From NCBI RefSeq assembly GCF_049969415.1, contig NZ_JBMFOX010000026.1, positions 1-15,701 on the forward strand: a DNA stretch of 15,701 nucleotides, given 5' to 3'. The position numbers and the translations under genes are program-made. Under the pieces are notes generated by a model. That model saw only the letters and a program-made list of their open reading frames with translations, did not search any database and was not told where the DNA came from. Below are positions 6,084-13,452 of this stretch, piece after piece; the stretch's first letter is position 1, and every line of letters begins with the position of its first letter. This stretch comes from Candidatus Hadarchaeum sp. (lineage in GTDB: Archaea > Hadarchaeota > Hadarchaeia > Hadarchaeales > Hadarchaeaceae).

Positions 6084-7330
6084 ATGCTATTAGCGAAATT
6101 TTGGCAATTGAGAATATAGGCAAGTTAGTTTCTGGAGACATAGACCAACCCATCTTGGAAGCCGACACGGTTTTGATTAAAGATGGGAAAATAGCGGAAA
6201 TTGGCTGGAAGGGAGAGGTCGACGTAGAGGCGGCCAAGACGCGCATCGACGCCATGGGCGAGGTGGTGACGCCGGGCTTCATCGACCCGCATACGCATAT
6301 GGTCATCGGCGACTGGACTCCCATCCAGAAGGCGATCGGCTGGATGGAGGGCGCCCTTTTGGCGGGTGTGACGACGATGATTTCGCAGGGTGAAAACAAT
6401 ATCGGCGGGCTGCCGATGGACCCAGCGGGCAACAAGGCTTTGGCAATCTTGGCCGCGAAGACCTACAAGAAGTACCGCCCCGGTGGTGCGCTGAAGGTTC
6501 ACGGCGGCGCGCTGATGCTGGTTGAAGGCCTGACTGAACGGGACTTTAAAGAGATGGCCGAGGCAGGAGTCTGGTTAATCGCCGAGATAGGCGGCTGTGG
6601 ACTCTACAAGCCCAAAGATGTGGTGCCGATGGTAACTTGGGCGAGGAAATACGGCTTCAAGGTCTCGGCCCATCTGGGCCCAGTCTCAATCCCGCTTTCC
6701 GCACCCCTGATGGCGGATGAGATTATTGAGATCAATCCAGATTTGGCCGTGCATGTGAACGGAGGATCGACTTCAGTCCCCTTCACCGAGGTGAAAAAGC
6801 TCGTTGACGATGCCGACTTCCACTTAGAGGCGGTTTTCAACGGAAACCCCAAGGCGGCCGTGGAAATGGTGGATTACATGAGAAAGAAGGATGCGCTGAG
6901 CAGACTTGTCATAGGTTCCGACACACCCACGGGCAACGGCATGATCCCTGTGGCAATCCTGAGGATGGTGGTGCAGATAGCTTCTCTGAACCAGTTGCCG
7001 GCCGCCGAGGTCATCGCCGCGGCCACGGGAAACACCGCCGACACCTTTGGACTGAATGTGGGCAAAATCGAGGTCGGCCGGGAAGCAGATATAATCATCC
7101 TGGATCGGCCGGCCGGTTCTCAGGGTCGCGACGCTCTGGAGGCGATAGAGATAGGCGATATCCCTGGGACGACATTGATCATGGTCGACGGCCAGATAGT
7201 TGCCCTCAGAGGCCGGGACACCAGGCAAACGGCGGGTTGCGTTAAGATAAATGGTGTGGAAAGGAGAATAACCACGATGGAGGATTATCTCTGGGGACCG
7301 TGGAAGTTCGCCGTCGACCGGTTGATCTAA
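6080..7330 (+). CDS. ena: Enamidase-like binuclear amidohydrolase
   Basis: End-to-end resemblance to Eubacterium barkeri enamidase as recalled: NIGKLVSGDI, PGFIDPHTH..GDWTP.Q, GVTTMIS.G, KALAI, KVHGGA..L..GLTE.DF.EM...GVW...E.G, MV.WA.K.G, H.G..SIP, H.NGG.T, GNPK, G.D.P.G.G.IP, ATGN and GDIPG. All six metal-ligand positions appear present. The start codon is uncertain (GTG6080, ATT6089 or TTG6101). Confidence 0.85.
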   Translation: MDAISEILAIENIGKLVSGDIDQPILEADTVLIKDGKIAEIGWKGEVDVEAAKTRIDAMGEVVTPGFIDPHTHMVIGDWTPIQKAIGWMEGALLAGVTTMISQGENNIGGLPMDPAGNKALAILAAKTYKKYRPGGALKVHGGALMLVEGLTERDFKEMAEAGVWLIAEIGGCGLYKPKDVVPMVTWARKYGFKVSAHLGPVSIPLSAPLMADEIIEINPDLAVHVNGGSTSVPFTEVKKLVDDADFHLEAVFNGNPKAAVEMVDYMRKKDALSRLVIGSDTPTGNGMIPVAILRMVVQIASLNQLPAAEVIAAATGNTADTFGLNVGKIEVGREADIIILDRPAGSQGRDALEAIEIGDIPGTTLIMVDGQIVALRGRDTRQTAGCVKINGVERRITTMEDYLWGPWKFAVDRLI

Positions 7331-7343
7331 ACACGGAGCGACT

Positions 7344-7385
7344 GCGCAAGCTATAAATTAAATGGGGCTTCAGAAAAGTTGTGAT
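7344..7385 (+). promoter_or_regulatory. Candidate internal promoter and RBS for the Mo/W oxidoreductase
   Basis: GCGCAAGCTATAAAT with the TATA box at 7352-7358, and GTGAT at 7381-7385 before ATG7389. Confidence 0.5.
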
Positions 7386-7388
7386 GGA

Positions 7389-9533
7389 ATGGCAGAAGTG
7401 AAGAGAACCATTTGTATGGGTTGTCACTGCGAGTGTGGTGTGTTAGTAACAGTTGAAAACGGAAAAGTGACCAAGATAATCGGTGATCCCGACCACCCCC
7501 AGAACGAGGGAGCGATTTGCGTTCGGGGGATGTCCTACCAGCAGCTGTTATACCATCCTGACCGGTTGCGCTACCCGATGGAGCGGCAGCCCAACGGGGA
7601 GTGGAAGAGAATCTCTTGGGACGAAGCGATGGAAAAGATCGCCCGGAAGTTCAAGGAGCTGATTGATAAGTATGGTCCGGATTCCTTGGCCTTTGTCTTC
7701 TGCGATGGCGACCGGGACAACATCCTCTTCAACGTAGACTGGCTCACGGCTATCCAGAGCCCTCATCTGATAGGAACCGATGCTCAGTACTGCATTCGGC
7801 CCAACTGGATTGCCGACGGTGTTACCTTCGGCCAGGCGCTGACGTGGGAGAAGGGTCCGGATTACAAGAACAGCAAGTGCATACTAATCTGGGGTGGAAA
7901 CCCGCTTGAGACCCACCTCGGTTCGAAGGGGCAGGAGATCCTTCAGGCGAAATATAACAAGGGAGCCAAACTCATCGTCGTTGATCCGCGCTTCACCAAC
8001 CTAGCTTCCAAAGCCGACATCTGGCTCCAGGTGAGACCGGCTACTGACGCCGCGCTGGCGCTAGGGATGCTTAACGTTATCATCAACGAAGGGCTGTACG
8101 ACAAAGAGTTCGTCGCTGAGTGGACAGTAGGCTTCGATAAACTGAGGGAAAGAGTTCAGGAATATCCACCTGACAAAGTTGCTGAAATCACTTGGGTGCC
8201 CGAGGAGAAGATCAAGGAGGCGGCTAGAATGTACGCCACCAATAAACCGGCCTCCGTGCACCACCGGATGGGCGTTACTATGAACACCAACGGACTTCAC
8301 ACTTGCAGGGCCGTTGACATGCTGATAGCCGTCACCGGCAACTTGGATATACCTGGCGGCAACCTGCTGCCTTTCCCCTCACCAACCAGCAAGGTCAGGT
8401 CGGCCTATGTGGAGTTTCCCAAGCTCTACGCGGAAAGACTACCCAAAGAGGTGAAGCAGAAGAGGTACGGGGTTAAGGAATTCCCCTTTGGTTATGATAA
8501 GGCCAACCCCTGGAACGATTCCCACCCAGTCCTCGCCTTTGATTCGATTCCTCAGGGGGGGATAAGGGGCATGTTCATCGTCAACGACCCCGTGATGGGC
8601 ATGCAGGGCAGCAAGCAGACGGCCAAGGACCTCGAACACTTGGAGTTCCTCGTGGTGATGGACTTTTGGATGACCCCAACCGCCAGCTTCGCCAACATCG
8701 TCTTGCCGGCCGCGACCTGGCTGGAGAGGGACTTGGTCCATGAGCTGCACTATCCCAGCTATGTTGGCGTGGCCCCAAAGGTGATCGACCCGCTCCCCGA
8801 GTGCCGCGACGAGAGGGAGGTTTCAATAGAATTGAGAAAGAGGTTAGGTCTGAAGAGCGCCTATCCGGTAGAAAGCGTGAAGGAATGGAACGATTATCGC
8901 CTGGAGAAACTCGGGGTGACCTTTGATGAATTTTATCAGAAATACGGCACGGTGCTGATGTTCCCGTTTGAGACCCAGAAGTACAAGAAGTTCAGAAAGT
9001 TCCCAGGAACCCCAAGCGGAAAGGTTGAACTTTACTCCAAGACGCTGGAGGAAAATGGAATCGACCCGCTTCCCCACTATGAGGAGCCGCCCGTTGGTCC
9101 GGTCACCACCCCCGAGCTGATGGAGGAGTATTCCTTCATCTTCATCTCCGGAAGCAGAAAGGTGCTCTACTTCCACGGTTACGGGAGGCAGCTGCCCTGG
9201 CTTCGCGAGATACAGCCCGACCCCGAGGTGGAGATAAACCCCGAGGCGGCGGAGAAACTGGGGATCAAGGACGGTGACTGGGTCTGGATCGAGACACCGC
9301 AGGCCAAGGGGGAGCGCGTGAAGTTTCGGGCCAGATTGACGTGGGGAATTCACCCCAAAGTGGTCAACGCCGATTCCCACTGGTGGTTCCCGGAGCGGAA
9401 GGACGACCCACATCGGGCTTGTTTCGAGTCCAACGTTAACGTGGTGGTGCCCAGATATCCGCCCTACGACCCGGTGTTTGGCTGCCCAATCATTCGCGGG
9501 GCCATCTGCAAGATAACAAAGGTGGAGGAGTAA
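7389..9533 (+). CDS. Mo/W-bisPGD (DMSO reductase family) oxidoreductase catalytic subunit, acetylene-hydratase-like clade, cytoplasmic
   Basis: N-terminal CxxCxxxC-x27-C [4Fe-4S] motif, HPDRLRYPM, ISWDEA, putative metal-ligand Cys in QYCI, KLIVVDPRFT..ASKADIWL..RP.TDAALALG, DFWMTPTA.FA.IVLPA and a C-terminal molydopterin dinucleotide domain (VEINPE.A.KLGIKDGDWV.IET). No Tat motif. Confidence 0.92.
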   Translation: MAEVKRTICMGCHCECGVLVTVENGKVTKIIGDPDHPQNEGAICVRGMSYQQLLYHPDRLRYPMERQPNGEWKRISWDEAMEKIARKFKELIDKYGPDSLAFVFCDGDRDNILFNVDWLTAIQSPHLIGTDAQYCIRPNWIADGVTFGQALTWEKGPDYKNSKCILIWGGNPLETHLGSKGQEILQAKYNKGAKLIVVDPRFTNLASKADIWLQVRPATDAALALGMLNVIINEGLYDKEFVAEWTVGFDKLRERVQEYPPDKVAEITWVPEEKIKEAARMYATNKPASVHHRMGVTMNTNGLHTCRAVDMLIAVTGNLDIPGGNLLPFPSPTSKVRSAYVEFPKLYAERLPKEVKQKRYGVKEFPFGYDKANPWNDSHPVLAFDSIPQGGIRGMFIVNDPVMGMQGSKQTAKDLEHLEFLVVMDFWMTPTASFANIVLPAATWLERDLVHELHYPSYVGVAPKVIDPLPECRDEREVSIELRKRLGLKSAYPVESVKEWNDYRLEKLGVTFDEFYQKYGTVLMFPFETQKYKKFRKFPGTPSGKVELYSKTLEENGIDPLPHYEEPPVGPVTTPELMEEYSFIFISGSRKVLYFHGYGRQLPWLREIQPDPEVEINPEAAEKLGIKDGDWVWIETPQAKGERVKFRARLTWGIHPKVVNADSHWWFPERKDDPHRACFESNVNVVVPRYPPYDPVFGCPIIRGAICKITKVEE

Positions 9534-9535
9534 AA

Positions 9536-10036
9536 ATGGCAAAATACAAACTACAGGCCGATGTTAAAAAATGCATCGGTTGCCACTCTTGTGAGATTGC
9601 CTGTAAGCAGGAGTTTAATCTTCCCGTGGGGCCGATGCCCATTCGTGTTGTTAAAATTGGTCCTAGGAAGACCAACGGCGGACTGAGGACGGACTATGTT
9701 CCAATTTTTTGCAAACACTGTGAGGATGCCCCTTGCATCAAGGCCTGTCCCGAGCACGCGCTGTACAAGAGGCCTGACGGAATCGTGATGGTGGATAAGG
9801 AGAAATGCATCGGCTGCCAGCTGTGCATCGATGTCTGCCCAATAAACGCGCCTCAGTTTAATCCCGAGCTTGGGAAGATTGAACTTTGCAATCTCTGTGC
9901 CCACAGAATTGATAAAGGTGAGAAGCCGCTCTGTGTTCTGGTCTGCCCGGCCAGATGTCTTTACTTCGGCGAAACAACGGAGATTAACAAGAAGATGCAG
10001 GAGATAAAAGTAAAGGACATCCTTAACTCAAGATAA
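9536..10036 (+). CDS. 4x[4Fe-4S] electron-transfer subunit (DmsB/NrfC/PsrB-like)
   Basis: Sixteen Cys in four groups: CIGCHSCEIAC, CKHCEDAPCIKACP, CIGCQLCIDVCP and CNLC...CVLVCP. Starts 2 bp after the catalytic subunit with a GGAGGAG RBS. Confidence 0.92.
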   Translation: MAKYKLQADVKKCIGCHSCEIACKQEFNLPVGPMPIRVVKIGPRKTNGGLRTDYVPIFCKHCEDAPCIKACPEHALYKRPDGIVMVDKEKCIGCQLCIDVCPINAPQFNPELGKIELCNLCAHRIDKGEKPLCVLVCPARCLYFGETTEINKKMQEIKVKDILNSR

Positions 10037-10050
10037 CTAGTTCAGTCGGT

Positions 10051-10611
10051 TCATTCCAACAAAAGCAACACGAAGCACTTGTAGTTTTCACCATCTTTGA
10101 CAACGTTGATATTAAACCCCGCCTTTCGTGCTGTCTGGTAGACATCGATTCCAACGGCTTCCATGGACGGCCTGGCCTTCCGCGGATACTTGCAGTCCGC
10201 CTTGCTTAGCATTCTGCGGTCCTCCGCTTTCTCCGCCACGCAGGGATTACAGTACCTGCAGGGCCCAGCAACGAGAATCAGTGCCCGATAGTAACCGCTC
10301 AGGAAAGCCTCACGCTCTAACTCTATGCCTTTTTCGTGAACTTGGTGCAAGTCCTCCTTGTCTTTTAGATTAATGAACTCAATAAGCAAAGCCCGGCGGT
10401 AGCTTTTCAACCACTTTCTGGTTTCCTCAGGTGTAGGCGTGTAAGGCGGGCAGGTAAGTCGGAGCCCGTACATTCCGCAGCCGTACTGACATTTTATTCG
10501 CACGTAGTCCTCGACAAAGACATCGTCGGTTGAGATAATTTTAGCGGAGTTGGCTCCAACTTTCCTTGCCTTTTCGATTAACACCTGTAATCGGTCTTGA
10601 ATGTCTGCCAT
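10051..10611 (-). CDS. DUF2284-type predicted metal-binding (Cys-rich) protein
   Basis: VR.KCQYGC..YG...TCPP..P, LEREAFLSGYY.A, GPC..C..C and C..P..ARPSMEA.GIDV..T match the family pattern as recalled. Confidence 0.82.
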   Translation of the reverse strand: MADIQDRLQVLIEKARKVGANSAKIISTDDVFVEDYVRIKCQYGCGMYGLRLTCPPYTPTPEETRKWLKSYRRALLIEFINLKDKEDLHQVHEKGIELEREAFLSGYYRALILVAGPCRYCNPCVAEKAEDRRMLSKADCKYPRKARPSMEAVGIDVYQTARKAGFNINVVKDGENYKCFVLLLLE

Positions 10612-10660
10612 ATGAAACCGACCCGCTGCTAAAAATCATCATCGACCCTTGATAAAAAAG

Positions 10661-12034
10661 TTATCCCGAGGAATGGGGCGTTTTCTGCCGAGGACAGAGT
10701 TTTCCGAAACCTTCTTGGCTCCAAGCGCTTCCGTCTTTCGACACTATTTTTCCCCGAACCATGGTCAGCTTGGGAACCCCTTTGACCATAAATCCTTCAA
10801 ACGGAGTCCAGTCGGCTCTTTGGTGCAATTTCTCCGCCTTTATCACCATCTCATCTTTTAGGTCTATTATCGTCAGATCGGCGTCAGACCCTGGTCGGAG
10901 AGTTCCCTTAGCCGGGTAAAGGCCGAATACCCTCGCTGGTTGGGTGGAGATCACCTCAACCAACCTTCCCAATGGTATTTTTCTCCGGTGATAGCCCTCG
11001 CTGATCGTCAGCATTACTCTGGTTTCAACACCCGGGACTCCTGCCTCGACTTCCCAGATGTTATTCCAGCCACTTTCCTTCTCAACCTGCAGCGGTGCGT
11101 AGTGGTCTGTGACCAGAATGTCCAGAACACCATCGGCCAGCGCCTTCCAGAGCGCTTCAGAATCGGCCTTGGTCCGCAGCGGCGGGTTGACCTGAAGATA
11201 AGGGCCGAATTTCTTCAGATCTTCTTGATTGAAAAGAAGATAGTGCGGGCAGGTTTCCCCGGATACCGACAGTCCCGCTTTTTTAGCTTCCCTGATTAAC
11301 CCCGCCCCGCGTTCGGAGGATATATGGAATACGTGAAGCGGTGCACCGGTTGTTGAGGCCAAAAGTATGGCTCGGGATATGGCCTCGACCTCGGCGATGG
11401 TGGGCCGGGATAGCGCGTGGGCAGTTGGGTCACTTCTTCCCAGTTTCTTGAGTTCCCTTAATCTGTGGAGTATGATGCTTTCATTCTCGGCGTGAACCGT
11501 GGCCAAGGATTGAGCTTCTCTAATTTTTCTGAAGGAATCTAGCATGACGCCGGTTTCCAGCGGGGACAGTCCGTCTGGGTTGGCCATGAAGTGTTTGAAG
11601 GACACCGCACCCATTTTTGCAACTTGGGGAATTTCCTCGATGTGCTCTTCCAAACAAACCGCGGCGTGAAGGGCAAAGTCGGCCGCGCACATTTTTTCAC
11701 CTGCAGACTTCATCAGGGTGAACGTTTTGACGAGGCTTTCTTTGCCGGGTATCGCAAAATCTATAACCGTCGTCGTTCCTCCAATGGCGGCCGCTTTGGT
11801 GCCGTTGGCAAAGTCCTCCCGGTGCAGGTAACCGGGCACGTGTAGATGGACATGAGCGTCTATGGCGCCAGGAATTATTATGTTGCCACTGGCGTCGATT
11901 TTTTCATCAGCTGCCGGAAGGTTGGGCTCCTTAGCTATCGAAACGATCTTGCCGGCTTCGATGGCTAGGCCTGCTTCAAGGAAAAAACCGCGGCTGAAGA
12001 TTTTTCCGTTAGTGACGACGGTCTCGGCCTTCAT
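10661..12034 (-). CDS. Cyclic amidohydrolase (dihydropyrimidinase/hydantoinase/allantoinase-like)
   Basis: PGAIDAHVH, GTKAAAIGGTTTVIDF, SFK (carboxylated Lys position), VHAEN, FHISS, ETCPHYL, NPPLR, TDH, G.PGVET and GSDADL. ATGA overlap with the stop of the upstream ureohydrolase. Confidence 0.9.
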   Translation of the reverse strand: MKAETVVTNGKIFSRGFFLEAGLAIEAGKIVSIAKEPNLPAADEKIDASGNIIIPGAIDAHVHLHVPGYLHREDFANGTKAAAIGGTTTVIDFAIPGKESLVKTFTLMKSAGEKMCAADFALHAAVCLEEHIEEIPQVAKMGAVSFKHFMANPDGLSPLETGVMLDSFRKIREAQSLATVHAENESIILHRLRELKKLGRSDPTAHALSRPTIAEVEAISRAILLASTTGAPLHVFHISSERGAGLIREAKKAGLSVSGETCPHYLLFNQEDLKKFGPYLQVNPPLRTKADSEALWKALADGVLDILVTDHYAPLQVEKESGWNNIWEVEAGVPGVETRVMLTISEGYHRRKIPLGRLVEVISTQPARVFGLYPAKGTLRPGSDADLTIIDLKDEMVIKAEKLHQRADWTPFEGFMVKGVPKLTMVRGKIVSKDGSAWSQEGFGKLCPRQKTPHSSG

Positions 12035-13041
12035 CGAGGCAACCTCTTAGACGACGCCACTCCCGCGAGCAGATAGAGTATGGTCCAAGTCGTGATCCAG
12101 TAAAGCGGCCACGCTGGCAATTGGTAGGGTTGCCAAGCCGGGGTCGGAATCCATTCCACGTTGAAGGCCGTCACCATGTTTTTACCCACACGGTAAGCGA
12201 TCTTGAGCAGTTCGGACGTGGTTATTCCGAGCGGTTCGTCCAGCCCCGGAGCGGCCCCGAGATCTAAGACATCTAAATCTAGGTTAAGGAAGAGGTGGTC
12301 CGTATCGGTCTTCGCTTTTGTTATGGCCTCTTCAGCAATTTCTTCGATCCCCCTTCTCTCAATTTCGGCAGAGGTATACACAGTCGCTCCTTTCTGCCGA
12401 TACCATTTCATCTGTTCCTTGAAGTTCCTCGGACCCCTCATTCCGATTTGGACGAAATTTTTCATGTTCATTCCTGCAATCTCGGATACCCGAGTCACCC
12501 AGCAGGCGAGAGACCACCTGTCGCCTTCATGAACTTCCATGTTGTCGGCGTGCGCGTCCAGATGAATGATGCCCAGCTTCCCGCCCATTCCGCAGATGGA
12601 TTTCGCGACGAGGTAAGGGTGCGCCCCGATGGTCAGCGGTATACATCTAGCTTCTAAAATTTCGGAAATTTTCTTCGCCGCAAGTTTAAAGTAATCACTT
12701 ATTTTTTCTTGACATGAGGGATAAAATCCGGTCACGTCGCCGCAGTCGACAAGATTTATTCGGTCGAGTACATCGATATCGAGTTCGGGCAGGTAGCCTC
12801 CGTATTTTATCGATGCTTTTCTCAGCCGCACGGTGTCCAGCATGTTTATGCCGACTTCTCTCCCGACCAACATTTCGGCGCCTTGAGACGGCAGGCCCAA
12901 AAAGGCGGCGTCAGTCCCCTTCAGCTCACCTTTTTCCTTCACCGCAGGCGCACCGAGGAAGGTGGGGACATCACCGTAAATGGTCGGGATGAGAATCTTT
13001 TGAAATTTTTCCATGGATTTCCTGTACTTGGTTTTGCTCAC
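12031..13041 (-). CDS. Divergent ureohydrolase (arginase/agmatinase family)
   Basis: PTFLG.P, D.AFLGLP, LRKAS, VDCGDV, IIHLDAHAD, VQIGMRG, LDLDVLD..APG and NVE. Start is GTG13041; ATG13014 is the alternative. Confidence 0.85.
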   Translation of the reverse strand: MSKTKYRKSMEKFQKILIPTIYGDVPTFLGAPAVKEKGELKGTDAAFLGLPSQGAEMLVGREVGINMLDTVRLRKASIKYGGYLPELDIDVLDRINLVDCGDVTGFYPSCQEKISDYFKLAAKKISEILEARCIPLTIGAHPYLVAKSICGMGGKLGIIHLDAHADNMEVHEGDRWSLACWVTRVSEIAGMNMKNFVQIGMRGPRNFKEQMKWYRQKGATVYTSAEIERRGIEEIAEEAITKAKTDTDHLFLNLDLDVLDLGAAPGLDEPLGITTSELLKIAYRVGKNMVTAFNVEWIPTPAWQPYQLPAWPLYWITTWTILYLLAGVASSKRLPR

Positions 13042-13044
13042 AGG

Positions 13045-13140
13045 ACCACGCTTTATCTTTTGGCGGTCATCCTAAAAATTTTCACATTTAAGCCGAAAGT
13101 TTAAACCTAACTTAGTTGAATTTGTCTTCTGGAGGAGGTA
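13045..13140. promoter_or_regulatory. Divergent promoter region with a clear BRE-TATA for moaD
   Basis: CCGAAAG-TTTAAA (13093-13105) matches the archaeal BRE/TATA consensus, followed by a GGAGGAGGT RBS at 13131-13139. A weaker minus-strand element GAAAATTTTTAG lies at 13072-13083. Confidence 0.65.
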
Positions 13141-13145
13141 GTTAT

Positions 13146-13445
13146 ATGCGCCAGATAGAGGTGTCGGTGGTTTACCTTTCCTTTTTCCAGGAGATCACTA
13201 AAACGAGAGAGGAGAAACTGAAGGTTCAGGAGGGGGCAACGTTGAGGGACCTTCTGGAACTTCTGTGCGCCAAACACGGCGAAAGCTTCAGGAAGGCCCT
13301 TTTTGACCCAAAGACCGGCGCCGTCTACGGTCACAACCACATAACCCTGAACGGGCGACTGGCTCATCTCGTGGATAAAAACTTCAGAGTTAACTTAGGT
13401 GAGGGAGATCGGGTGGCTCTCGCCCACGCGGTTTCGGGGGGCTAG
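13146..13445 (+). CDS. moaD: MoaD/ThiS/SAMP ubiquitin-like sulfur carrier
   Basis: About 99 aa with a beta-grasp pattern (V.Y..F.E......E......GATL.DLL..L, I.LNGR, L.EGD.VAL) ending in VSGG-stop. Strong RBS before ATG13146. Adjacent to the AOR gene. Confidence 0.88.
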   Translation: MRQIEVSVVYLSFFQEITKTREEKLKVQEGATLRDLLELLCAKHGESFRKALFDPKTGAVYGHNHITLNGRLAHLVDKNFRVNLGEGDRVALAHAVSGG

Positions 13446-13452
13446 TTTCAGC

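Noticed and set aside
7389-9533. Annotation as formate dehydrogenase, nitrate reductase or true acetylene hydratase, or as a selenoprotein
   Set aside because: The ligand is followed by Ile rather than the FDH His, the Asp13 equivalent is His, and there is no in-frame TGA or Tat signal.
8844-9542. 232-aa antisense ORF and the other short overlapping ORFs in the track
   Set aside because: They are shadows of well-supported genes, with no recognisable domains or independent RBS.
10651-10665. Palindrome GATAA-AAAAG-TTATC as a stand-alone operator
   Set aside because: It is adequately explained by the hydantoinase TAA stop followed by an oligo-T terminator or TATA-like tract. It is kept only as a side note.
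10661-12034. Annotation as dihydroorotase (pyrC)
   Set aside because: It lacks the HxR substrate-binding Arg and the MPNT motif, and no pyr genes are nearby.
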